Positions 26,422-35,362 of a DNA stretch of 64,000 nt are shown here, piece by piece (within the stretch, counting starts at the first letter, position 1; each line of letters opens with the position of its first letter). The notes beneath the pieces are model-generated. The model saw only the letters and a list, made by a program, of their open reading frames with translations, was not told where the DNA came from and did no database searches. Position numbers and translations under genes: made by a program. Source of the stretch: Solirubrobacterales bacterium (GTDB lineage: Bacteria; Actinomycetota; Thermoleophilia; Solirubrobacterales; JACPNS01); NCBI GenBank assembly GCA_049276635.1, contig JBASWU010000026.1, positions 2,282-66,281 of the forward strand, read 5' to 3'.

Positions 26422-27323
26422 CTCGGCTCAATTCGCTGACGATCTCCGACGACGACATGAACCGGCGCGTCGCCAGCGACGAAGCACGCTCCGACGATGC
26501 CCTCGTGGTCGTCACCTCGACGGCTTTTCCGGGCCCGGGCCAGTGGCGCCACTTCTGGGATCTGACGATAACGCTCGCGCGCAACGAGCTGAAACAGCGA
26601 TACTTCGGGTCGGCACTGGGCTACCTATGGTCGCTCGCCAGGCCGATGATGCTGTTCAGCGTTCTTTACTTCGTGTTCACGCACATCATCATGCGCGCCG
26701 ACATCCCGCACTACGGGGTCTACTTACTACTGTCGCTGGTGCTCTGGACGTATTTTGCCGAGACGACGGCGCTCGGAGTCGAAAGTCTCGTACACCGCGA
26801 GAGCATCATGCGTAAGATCAACTTTCCGCGCATTGCCATACCGGTTTCGCTCGCGCTGACGACCGGCTTTCAGCTTCTGCTCAACCTGCTTGTGGTCGTC
26901 GGATTCATGCTCGTAACCGGTGTTATGCCGGCTTGGACGTGGCTGCCGGCGGTGCTGCTGATCCTGCTGTTCCTTGCGTTTACGATCGGCGTCGCGATGC
27001 TGTTGTCGACCCTCTATGTCAAGTTTCGCGACGTCGAGCCGGTTTGGCAGGTCACGACCCAAATGCTGTTCTGGGGGTCGCCGGTGATCTACATCGCGCT
27101 GTTTCCGCCCGAGTCGATTCGCGGGATCATGGCCGCGAGCCCGATCTCGGCGACATTCACGCAGCTACGGCGATGGGTGATCGACGGCTCGGCTCCCAGT
27201 GCCGCCGATGTTCTCGGTGGGCCGGTCTATCTGCTGATCCCGTTGGCTATTGCGGTGTTCACCTTCGTGCTCGGTGTCGCCGTGTTCGCGCGGGAAGCCC
27301 CACGCGTAGCCGAAGACCTCTGA
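26418..27323 (+). CDS. ABC-2 type polysaccharide exporter permease (Wzm/TagG type)
   Basis: NELKQRYFGSALGYLWSLARPMMLF start, 6 predicted TM helices, and GTGA overlap with the ATPase gene. Confidence 0.85.
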   Translation: MTRLNSLTISDDDMNRRVASDEARSDDALVVVTSTAFPGPGQWRHFWDLTITLARNELKQRYFGSALGYLWSLARPMMLFSVLYFVFTHIIMRADIPHYGVYLLLSLVLWTYFAETTALGVESLVHRESIMRKINFPRIAIPVSLALTTGFQLLLNLLVVVGFMLVTGVMPAWTWLPAVLLILLFLAFTIGVAMLLSTLYVKFRDVEPVWQVTTQMLFWGSPVIYIALFPPESIRGIMAASPISATFTQLRRWVIDGSAPSAADVLGGPVYLLIPLAIAVFTFVLGVAVFAREAPRVAEDL

Positions 27324-27325
27324 CC

Positions 27326-29548
27326 GTGCGGGAACGCATATCGACGATCTGGCGTCTCCGCACGACTAAGCGGTTCGAGGCCGCTGCCGTCGGGTCGATC
27401 GTGCTCGCTTCGTCGATCTACGGGATCTGGCGTGTCTCAGCGGTCCAAGAGTGGGGCGTAATGACCGACGAGCTCTTCTACCTGAAGCTCGCACAGGGGA
27501 TCGCCGACGGCTGGCCGGCGCTACGCGGCGACCGCGTAGCGCCGCACGGGATCCTTTACCCCCTACTGATCGCGCCGCTGGTCGGAAGCTTCGGCGCGGC
27601 GTCATCGTTCACCGCAATCCACTACTTGAACGTTTTCCTCCTAGCCAGCGCGGCGGTGCCGGCCTATCTGTTGGCGCGCGCGGTGACGAAGCGGCCACCG
27701 CTCGGTTTGATCGTCGCTGCCGGCACCGTCTGCGTCCCGTATCTCGCCGCCGCCTCGAAGTTCACGACCGAGCCTCTCGCATACCCGATGTTCACCTGGG
27801 CGGTACTGGCGATCGTAACGGCCGTCGCGCATCCCAGTCGCAGGGCTGAATTGCTGGCGCTATCGGCGATTACGCTCGCCTACCTGACGCGCACGCAGTT
27901 TATTTATCTGTTTGTGCTGCTGCCGGTGATCGGCGTTGCGCACGGCGCGCTCTACCGGCCGCGGTCGATCCGCGCAGGCGTCCTCGACGGGATCGGCCGG
28001 CATCGGATATCGGTGAGCGCGGCGGGACTGGTCGCGGCTGTGCTGGTGGTCGCACCGACGCTCCTGCTAGGCAATTACGCGGTTACGGCGTCGGGCGGGA
28101 CCGGCGGTCTGCTGCCAGACGGGGTCATTCATTCGTCGGTCGTGCATGCCGGAACGCTGGCGCTTCAGCTGGGAGGCCTGACCGTACCGCTCGCGCTGGC
28201 TTTCGCGGTCGCGACACTTCTGCAGCCCGGCGTTCGCGAGCGGCACTGTTTCGCGATCACCCTTCTTGCCGTCGGAGCAACCTCGATATACGTCGCCGCG
28301 GCATTCGACACCCGCTTCGTCGGCGCGCTCAGCGGCATCGAGCCGTCCGAGATCGTCCGCGAGCGATATCTCATTTATCTTGTGCCGATCGCGCTGACCG
28401 GGGCGGCGGCCTTTTTCGCCGACGCCGCGCGGTGGCGATGGCGGGCGGCGAGCGGCGCAGCCGTGGCCGGCGCACTGACGGCGCTTACGATCGAATCGGC
28501 GAGCGTACGAACTGACGCGCTGATCCCGTCGTTCGACTCGCCGGGACGGATCTTCAACATCGTGATCGTTGGGCGAGTTGCTCAACTTCGCGATATCAGC
28601 GGAATCGACCGGTTGCAACCCGGGGCGCTTGCGATGGCTCTGACAATCGCCGGACTCGGCGTAATCGCGGTCGCAATCTGGCGCGGTCACGACCGGCTTG
28701 CCACATATGCGGTGCTCGGTCTCGTTTTTTCGTACCTCGTGGCGGAGACTTGGTACGTCGTCCCACGCGTGTACTACGAGCAAAACACGCTCAGTTTTTA
28801 TCTCGGTCCGCGTACCGCTGAACAGCGCACTTGGATCGACCGCTCGGTCGGCGACCGGTCCGTCGGGATGCTCGCCAGCACCGTGACGGCTCGCGGAACC
28901 ACGCCGTATCTGTCGCCGTACCTCAACGGCGCCCTCTGGTGGGACGCCGAATTCTGGAACAGCCGTGTCGACACCTACTACATACAGGCCGGCTTGGATC
29001 TGACCTTGCCACCATACCGCCGCGCCACGGTCGACCGTGCCGCCGGGTCGATTGCCTCGGCGGGACAACGCACCGACTACCTCGTAGTCACACAGAAGAA
29101 CCCATCGTTTCAGATCGCCGGCGAACCCGAGCGGCGCCAAGGGGATCTCGCGTTATATCGCGTCGATTGGCCGGTCCGGTTGACCTGGGCCAGCGCCGAC
29201 GTCTTCCCCGACGGATGGACCAATTCCACCAGCGACGCCGACCCGCGGCTCGACTTGTTTGGCCCGCGCGGCACAAGATTAGATGTCTCGGTGCTGCTGT
29301 CCAACGGCCCAACCGTCGACGACAAGCCGCGCGTCGTCGAGATCTCACTACCGGGCGCCGCGACAAGACGAGTAAGAGTCGATGCGGCGACCGCGGTGCG
29401 CGTCGTTACGTGCAAGCCGTCTGACCGCCCGCTCCCGATCGGACTGCGCTCGCCGGGCACGGTCGACGGCGCTCGCCGCATCGGAGTGCGGATTGCGTCG
29501 GTCACGGTGACCGCACGCCGCTCCTGCGAGCCGAAGGCCGGGCGATGA
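27326..29548 (+). CDS. Large GT-C-like membrane glycosyltransferase, paralogue C (MTDEL-Y family)
   Basis: First-loop motif GVMTDELFYLKLAQGIADG, then LYPLLIAP, VPAYLLA, TEPLAYP, LTRTQF, and a C-terminal domain with WWDAEFWN. Start set to GTG 27326, 2 nt after the permease stop. The listed ORF start 26933 lies inside the permease gene. Confidence 0.6.
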   Translation: MRERISTIWRLRTTKRFEAAAVGSIVLASSIYGIWRVSAVQEWGVMTDELFYLKLAQGIADGWPALRGDRVAPHGILYPLLIAPLVGSFGAASSFTAIHYLNVFLLASAAVPAYLLARAVTKRPPLGLIVAAGTVCVPYLAAASKFTTEPLAYPMFTWAVLAIVTAVAHPSRRAELLALSAITLAYLTRTQFIYLFVLLPVIGVAHGALYRPRSIRAGVLDGIGRHRISVSAAGLVAAVLVVAPTLLLGNYAVTASGGTGGLLPDGVIHSSVVHAGTLALQLGGLTVPLALAFAVATLLQPGVRERHCFAITLLAVGATSIYVAAAFDTRFVGALSGIEPSEIVRERYLIYLVPIALTGAAAFFADAARWRWRAASGAAVAGALTALTIESASVRTDALIPSFDSPGRIFNIVIVGRVAQLRDISGIDRLQPGALAMALTIAGLGVIAVAIWRGHDRLATYAVLGLVFSYLVAETWYVVPRVYYEQNTLSFYLGPRTAEQRTWIDRSVGDRSVGMLASTVTARGTTPYLSPYLNGALWWDAEFWNSRVDTYYIQAGLDLTLPPYRRATVDRAAGSIASAGQRTDYLVVTQKNPSFQIAGEPERRQGDLALYRVDWPVRLTWASADVFPDGWTNSTSDADPRLDLFGPRGTRLDVSVLLSNGPTVDDKPRVVEISLPGAATRRVRVDAATAVRVVTCKPSDRPLPIGLRSPGTVDGARRIGVRIASVTVTARRSCEPKAGR

Positions 29549-30615
29549 AAGCCACATCGGTCACGGTCGCCATCCCGGTGCTAAACGGCGGCGAGTCGCT
29601 CGAGGAGGTGTTCGAAGCGGTCGCCGCCCAGCGCAACGACCATCGGGTCGAGATCGAACTGCTGGTCATCGACTCGGGGTCCACCGACGGTTCGGTCGAA
29701 CTTGCGCGACGCTACGGCGCCCGGGTTATCGAGATCGACAAGTCTGAATTTTCGCACGGCGGCACTCGCAATCGTGCCGTCGCGGCCGCGAAGGGCGATG
29801 TCGTCGCATTCCTGACCCAGGACGCGACGCCGGCCAGCGATCGGTGGCTCGACGCGATCGTCGAGGGCTTTTCGCAGGCCGACGACGTCGCGCTCGTCTT
29901 CGGCCCGCAGATCGCGCGACCCCAGCACAGCCACATGGTTCGTCGCGAAGTCAAGGATCACTTTCAGACCTGGGTCCGCGAGGGCCGCGAGGGAGAAATC
30001 GTCGTCCAGCGAATCCAGCCGGGTCCTGACGGCTGGGCCGCCTACGTCGCCAACCCCGGCGTGATCCAGTTCTTCTCCGACGTAAACGGGGCTATCGCGC
30101 GCTGGGCGTGGGAGGCGCACCCGTACCGTGAGGTTCCGTACGCCGAAGATCAGCTGATCGGTCGCGAGATTGTCGAGGCCGGGCTCGCCAAGGTGTTCCA
30201 CCCGGCCGCGGCCGTCATCCATTCGCACGACTATTCGCCGGTGAAGTTCCTCAAGCGCTACTTCGACGAGTACCGAGGACTGCGGGAGGTGATGGGCCAC
30301 GTTGAGCCGAGCAATCCGCGGCACGTCGCGCGTACGGTGATCGGGATGACTAGGCAGGACCGAGTTTTTCTGCGCGCCGAGGGACGCCGCGGCCTCGACC
30401 TGAACATCGCGTCGCTGCGGTCGGCACGCCACTACCTCATTCGGATGATCGGGTCCGGCCTAGGTAGCCGTGCGGATCGCTTACCTCGCTGGCTATGCGC
30501 CCGGCTTTCGCTGGAGGGGCGCGGAGAGTTCACCAGTGCGGCAGTACCCCCTGACCTACTGCGGAACCCGTCTCCGAAGCCGATCGCGCGGGCCTCCACG
30601 ACAGACGCCCACTGA
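29545..30615 (+). CDS. GT2 glycosyltransferase (rhamnosyltransferase-like)
   Basis: VTVAIPVLNGGESLEEV, LLVIDSGSTDGS, FSHGGTRNRAV and VAFLTQDATPASDRWL. It is colinear with the N-terminal half of 31534..33657. ATGA overlap with the upstream gene. Confidence 0.75.
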   Translation: MKATSVTVAIPVLNGGESLEEVFEAVAAQRNDHRVEIELLVIDSGSTDGSVELARRYGARVIEIDKSEFSHGGTRNRAVAAAKGDVVAFLTQDATPASDRWLDAIVEGFSQADDVALVFGPQIARPQHSHMVRREVKDHFQTWVREGREGEIVVQRIQPGPDGWAAYVANPGVIQFFSDVNGAIARWAWEAHPYREVPYAEDQLIGREIVEAGLAKVFHPAAAVIHSHDYSPVKFLKRYFDEYRGLREVMGHVEPSNPRHVARTVIGMTRQDRVFLRAEGRRGLDLNIASLRSARHYLIRMIGSGLGSRADRLPRWLCARLSLEGRGEFTSAAVPPDLLRNPSPKPIARASTTDAH

Positions 30616-30629
30616 AGACAGCCGTTGAT

Positions 30630-31523
30630 ATGGTGCCGCCCGTGGGAAAAACTCAGACCGACCATGCGCCGGGGGCCGCGGCTGAGTCCGGCGCGCACGC
30701 CGACCCGTGGGCGGCGCACGGTGAGTCTGACTCCGCGGTCGTCATCGCCGAACGGGCCGCTTTCTGGGCGCTCGCGGCCGAGCTGTCAGCTGAAAGGCAG
30801 GTGCTGGTCGTCGGCGAGGCCGACACGAGGATCTTCGACGACGCCTCCGGAATCCGGGTCACGGACATGTCGTCGGCCGGCGGCGCGGCGACGGGCGCGT
30901 TCGATGTCGTGGCCGTCGACATCGAACGCGCCGATGAAGCGGCGATTGCGTTGGTCGAATCGCTCCCCAGCCTCGCAGACCAAGGCATAGCGGTGATCCG
31001 CCTGCCAAATCGTCCCGACTGCCTAGATCTGTACGAGCAAATCGTAGCTAGCTTCCCCAATCGACGGGTGTTTCGACAGCACAACTGGGTCGCGTCGGCC
31101 ATACTCGACGACCGGCTGTTCGCGGGCGGCGACGCGGCCGCGGCATTCGTGTCGAGTTCCCGCAAGCTCGCCGGCGCCGCGATCGACACCGCGCTCTACA
31201 CGATCGTCGTCGCCGGAGCCGGCGCGCTGCCCGACATTGCCCCGCAGGTAGTCCTTACCCGCAGCCTCGACCTCCGCGAGATGCTTGACCGCGAGACGGC
31301 CGCCTACGCGCGTGCCCGCGCCGCCGAGATCGAGGCCCAGCTCGCGCGCGACTCGCAGCTGGATCGCATCCGCGAGCTCGAGGCAAAGACGGCCTGGCTC
31401 CAGACCTTGGAACTCGACCTTCAGAACGAAGTCGAGCGACGCGGCTGGACGATGAGACTGGTCAAAACATGGGTGATCGTCGTCAGGGTGACACGGCGGA
31501 TCAACCAGCTTCTTCATCGCTGA
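30630..31523 (+). CDS. Hypothetical protein: degenerate Rossmann/methyltransferase-like N-domain, coiled coil, C-terminal amphipathic helix
   Basis: 297 aa. QVLVVGEADTRIFDD and FDVVAVDIE resemble methyltransferase strands but lack a Gly-rich loop. Residues about 214-272 are heptad-like (REMLDRETAAYARARAAEIEAQLARDSQLDRIRELEAKTAWLQTLELDLQNEVERR). The tail is WTMRLVKTWVIVVRVTRRINQLL. The start is uncertain. Confidence 0.5.
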   Translation: MVPPVGKTQTDHAPGAAAESGAHADPWAAHGESDSAVVIAERAAFWALAAELSAERQVLVVGEADTRIFDDASGIRVTDMSSAGGAATGAFDVVAVDIERADEAAIALVESLPSLADQGIAVIRLPNRPDCLDLYEQIVASFPNRRVFRQHNWVASAILDDRLFAGGDAAAAFVSSSRKLAGAAIDTALYTIVVAGAGALPDIAPQVVLTRSLDLREMLDRETAAYARARAAEIEAQLARDSQLDRIRELEAKTAWLQTLELDLQNEVERRGWTMRLVKTWVIVVRVTRRINQLLHR

Positions 31524-31533
31524 GCAAGCTCGC

Positions 31534-33657
31534 ATGCCGCGCGTGATCTCAGTAGTCATCCCCGTTCTCAACGGCGAGCGGTATCTCGAGGAGGTGCTGG
31601 AATCGGTGACGACGCAGGAGGTGGATGCCGAGGTAGAGGTCCTCGTGATCGACTCGGGCTCGACCGACCGCTCGCTCGAGATTGTTCGAGCATTCCCACA
31701 GGTCGAGTTGCTCGAGATCGCTCCGACCGACTTTGGCCACGGACGCACGCGCAACCTCGGCGTGCAGCGCACGACCGGCGAACTGATCGCGTTTCTGACC
31801 CAAGACGCGACCCCGGCCGACAGCCGATGGCTATCGGCTTTCGTCGAGGCCTTCGGCATGGGGCCGAAGATCGGTGCCGCCTATGGCCCGCACATACCGC
31901 GCCATGGCGGCAACCCGCTGATGGCGCGCATGCTGATCGAACACTTCCGAAAGATGTCGCCCGACGGGAGTCCCGTGGTCCAGAATCAGGGCGACGACCC
32001 GTACCTATCCAACAGCAACTCCTGCATCGCGCGCGCCGCCTGGGAGCAAACGCCGTTTCGCGACATCCCCTACGCCGAGGATCAGGCCTTCGGCCATGAC
32101 GTTCTCGCCCACGGCTGGAGCAAGGTCTTCACGCCGGCCGCGGCCGCGCTGCACTCACACGACTACGGCATGGTTGAGAGCTTCAAGCGATACTTCGACG
32201 AGTACCGCGGACTCAACGACAGCGTCGGAGAGCGGACCAACGCATCCGCCAACAAGGCCGTCGCGATTATGCGCGACGCAGTCGCCAAAGACGTCGAGTT
32301 TTTGACCTCCAGCGGCGAATCGCCAATTTCGAAGGCTGTTTGGGCGGCAAAGAGCGTCGTCTTTCACAGCGGCCGCATCATCTTCGGTGGTCTGGGCGCG
32401 CGCGCCGACCGCGTCCCGCCGCAACTGCGCGCGGCCCTCTCGTTCGAGCGTCGCTCCGACGGCATCGCCCGGCATATTCGATCGCGTGCCGATGAGTACG
32501 CCTATCGATTCGTCGGCGAGGTCGAACGTGACGGGGTCGTGCCGCTGACGCCGGCGGCGCCGCATGACGGTGATCGTCCGATGCACGTCGCCTGGATCGT
32601 GCCGCCCTTCACCGTCGGCAGCGGAGGACACACCACAATCTTCCGTATGGTCGCGGCGCTCGAGCAGCGCGGGCACAGCTGCTCGATCTGGATCCATGAC
32701 CCGCACCGCCACGAAGTGCACGGCGGAGCGGCGGCTCGCCAGCGCGTGCTCGACAACTTCATGCAGCTGGAGGCCAGCTTCCACCTCGGCTTTCGCCACT
32801 GGTCGGGCGCCGATGTCGCGGTCGCGACCGGATGGGACACCGTCTACCCGCTGCTCCGCCTGGAGCAGTGCAAGGCACGGGCATACTTCGTCCAGGATCA
32901 CGAGCCGGAGTTCTACGCGACGTCCGCCGAGCGGATCTTCGCCGAGCGCAGTTACGGCTACGGGCTGCACTGCATCACCGCGAGTCCCTGGCTGGGCGAG
33001 GTCATCAGCGAACGCTACGGCGCGCGCGCGACACCGTTTCTGCTTGGCGTCAACACACAGGAGTACGGACCGCTCGACTGCCCGCGCCGCAGCGACACAG
33101 TGGCCTTTTACGCGCGCCACTTCACTCCCCGCCGCGGAGTCGAGCTGGGAATGCTCGCACTGCAGCAGGTAAAAGAGCGTCGTCCGGAGACGCGCATCGT
33201 GCTGTACGGTGCGAACGTCGAAACGTTCTCACCGTTCCAGCACGAGCACCTCGGCGTCATATCCCACGAACGGCTGCGCCGCCTCTACGCCGAGTCGACG
33301 GTCGGCCTGAGCCTTTCGCTGACCAACTATTCGCTGATCCCGTGCGAGATGCTCGCCTGTGGGCTGCCGGTCGTCGAATTGCGCGGACGCGCCTGCGAAA
33401 GCGTCTTCGGCACCGACGGCTCGATCGTCGAGCTCGCGGACGACCATCCAACCGACATCGCCGACACGATCTGCGCACTGCTTGACGACCGCGCTCGGCG
33501 CGAGCAGCTCTCGGCCAACGGTCTGGCGTTCGCCTCGAGATGCACATGGGATGCGGTCGCCGACACGGTCGAGCGCGCCCTGGCGGAAACGCTGGCCGAG
33601 CGAGTAAGACCGGCCGAGCAGCCGGCCGGTGAATGGCGAGCCGGTTCACTGGTCTAG
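31534..33657 (+). CDS. Dual-domain glycosyltransferase: N-terminal GT2 plus C-terminal WsaF-like GT-B (rhamnosyltransferase-type)
   Basis: N-terminal half: VISVVIPVLNGERYLEEV, VLVIDSGSTDRS, FGHGRTRNLGV, IAFLTQDATPADSRWL. C-terminal half: VAWIVPPFTVGSGGHTTIFRMV, ARAYFVQDHEPEFYA, and a GT-B C-terminal block NYSLIPCEMLACGLPVVE. Confidence 0.75.
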   Translation: MPRVISVVIPVLNGERYLEEVLESVTTQEVDAEVEVLVIDSGSTDRSLEIVRAFPQVELLEIAPTDFGHGRTRNLGVQRTTGELIAFLTQDATPADSRWLSAFVEAFGMGPKIGAAYGPHIPRHGGNPLMARMLIEHFRKMSPDGSPVVQNQGDDPYLSNSNSCIARAAWEQTPFRDIPYAEDQAFGHDVLAHGWSKVFTPAAAALHSHDYGMVESFKRYFDEYRGLNDSVGERTNASANKAVAIMRDAVAKDVEFLTSSGESPISKAVWAAKSVVFHSGRIIFGGLGARADRVPPQLRAALSFERRSDGIARHIRSRADEYAYRFVGEVERDGVVPLTPAAPHDGDRPMHVAWIVPPFTVGSGGHTTIFRMVAALEQRGHSCSIWIHDPHRHEVHGGAAARQRVLDNFMQLEASFHLGFRHWSGADVAVATGWDTVYPLLRLEQCKARAYFVQDHEPEFYATSAERIFAERSYGYGLHCITASPWLGEVISERYGARATPFLLGVNTQEYGPLDCPRRSDTVAFYARHFTPRRGVELGMLALQQVKERRPETRIVLYGANVETFSPFQHEHLGVISHERLRRLYAESTVGLSLSLTNYSLIPCEMLACGLPVVELRGRACESVFGTDGSIVELADDHPTDIADTICALLDDRARREQLSANGLAFASRCTWDAVADTVERALAETLAERVRPAEQPAGEWRAGSLV

Positions 33658-33700
33658 CCTCGGTCCCGCGCGGACCCTCTGCGGACCGGCGGCGCTCAGC

Positions 33701-35362
33701 ATGAATTCCTTGGCCACATCCAAACCAGACGCCGGCACCGCCGCAACGCCTTTCTGGCCGCAGCTGCGCTGGGTCCGCGCAACGCTGCTCCTGGCAATGG
33801 CCTTCGCGGCGCTCCAGGGGGTGCTCGTCGCTAGCAGTGTTCCACCCTGGTGGGGACCCGACGAGGACTACCACTGGGGCTACGCCAGCTACATCGACGA
33901 GCGCGGATCCCTACCCAACCCGCGCAAGCCCTTTTACTCGAAGGAGTGGAACAAGGCGATAGTCGCGATGAACTTCAATCAGTTCGGGCAGACCCCCGGC
34001 ACGACCCTGACCGGCGATCCGCACCGCGTGACCGGCCTGATGGACCGGCTGCCGGCCTCTGCACGCCAGCCGACAGGCGAACCGACCCGGCCGGTGATGC
34101 ACGCCCCGCTCTTCCATTCGCTCGTGGCGGTGGCGGTCAAGCCGTTTGCGGGAAGCTCCGTGTTTACCCGGCTCTGGATCGGGCGACTCGTCAACGCGTT
34201 CTTCGCGGCGCTGGCGGTATTCGCGGCGTGGCTGTTGGCGTCGAGCATCTTCTCCAGAGCCGGGCCGCGGTTGTTCGTCGCCGGCCTGACCGCGGTCCAG
34301 CCGATGATCGCCTACGCCTCCGGCACACTGACCAACGACATGCCGATGATCGCGTTTTTCACGGTCTCACTGGCCGCGATGTCGATGATGCTTCGTGGCG
34401 CGCCCAGCCCGCGTCAAGGCAGGTTTCTCGGCTTAGCCATCGGCTTGGCGATGCTCGCCAAGGCGACGGCGATTTTCCTAGTTCCATTCGCCCTCGCCAT
34501 CTACGCGTGGCAGTGGCGCGCCCACCCGACGATGCGCAAGCAGTTACGGTCGAGCTTACTGTCAGCAGCCGCGATTGCGGGTGTCATCGCCGGTTGGTTC
34601 TACGTTTACATGATCGTGAAGTACCAAACGCTGCTGGGCAACCTCGGGCCGCTAAACAACGATGTGCCGGCCGCGCCGCAGTCGATCGTTCAGCTGCCCA
34701 AGCTGGCTTTCACCTGGTTCTCGCAGACCTATTCGACCTACTGGTCCCACTACATCTACTGGGAGGGGCCGCGCGGTTCGGTCTGGTTCTGGGTCCCGGT
34801 GATGATCGGCGGTATCGGCCTGATCGGCTTCGCGTCATGGATTCACCGGGTCGCGATCAAGCAGTTCGACAGCCAGATCGTCCGGCAGGTCATGTTGCTT
34901 GTCGGCGCCGTGATCCTGCTCGTGATGCCGTTCTTCCTCGTTGACATGCGCAGGGGACTCGACGGCAACGGCTTCATGGTCAACGGCGGGCGTTTCATGC
35001 TTCCCGCTTACCCTGCCGCGGCATGCCTTTTGGTGATCGCGTTGAACGAGTTGTTCCGGCCATCGGCTCAGCGTCTTGTGTTTGCGGCGGTCGCTGGCCT
35101 CGCCGCGATCCAGGGTCTGATGATGTGGAAGATCAAGGTGCTCGACCGCTACTTCGGCGGCGTCGGCGTCGACCTTCAGGGCGAGCTGCACCGCGCCAGC
35201 TTTTACCGTCCCGAGTTCATCACGAACGAGACCTTAAGCGGATTGATCGCACTCGTCCTCGTCGTTGGCTTCGCGGCGTTTGCGGTCGGAGTGTCCGAGG
35301 GACGAGCGCCCCGCGGCATTAACGCGCGTTGGCGCGGGCCTCGGCCGCCGCGCGCGCGTTGA
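33701..35362 (+). CDS. Polytopic membrane protein, GT-C-like (DUF2142-like)
   Basis: First loop [23 protein letters not shown], followed by about 10 or more TM helices. Start set to ATG 33701, downstream of the preceding stop at 33657. Confidence 0.5.
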   Translation: MNSLATSKPDAGTAATPFWPQLRWVRATLLLAMAFAALQGVLVASSVPPWWGPDEDYHWGYASYIDERGSLPNPRKPFYSKEWNKAIVAMNFNQFGQTPGTTLTGDPHRVTGLMDRLPASARQPTGEPTRPVMHAPLFHSLVAVAVKPFAGSSVFTRLWIGRLVNAFFAALAVFAAWLLASSIFSRAGPRLFVAGLTAVQPMIAYASGTLTNDMPMIAFFTVSLAAMSMMLRGAPSPRQGRFLGLAIGLAMLAKATAIFLVPFALAIYAWQWRAHPTMRKQLRSSLLSAAAIAGVIAGWFYVYMIVKYQTLLGNLGPLNNDVPAAPQSIVQLPKLAFTWFSQTYSTYWSHYIYWEGPRGSVWFWVPVMIGGIGLIGFASWIHRVAIKQFDSQIVRQVMLLVGAVILLVMPFFLVDMRRGLDGNGFMVNGGRFMLPAYPAAACLLVIALNELFRPSAQRLVFAAVAGLAAIQGLMMWKIKVLDRYFGGVGVDLQGELHRASFYRPEFITNETLSGLIALVLVVGFAAFAVGVSEGRAPRGINARWRGPRPPRAR

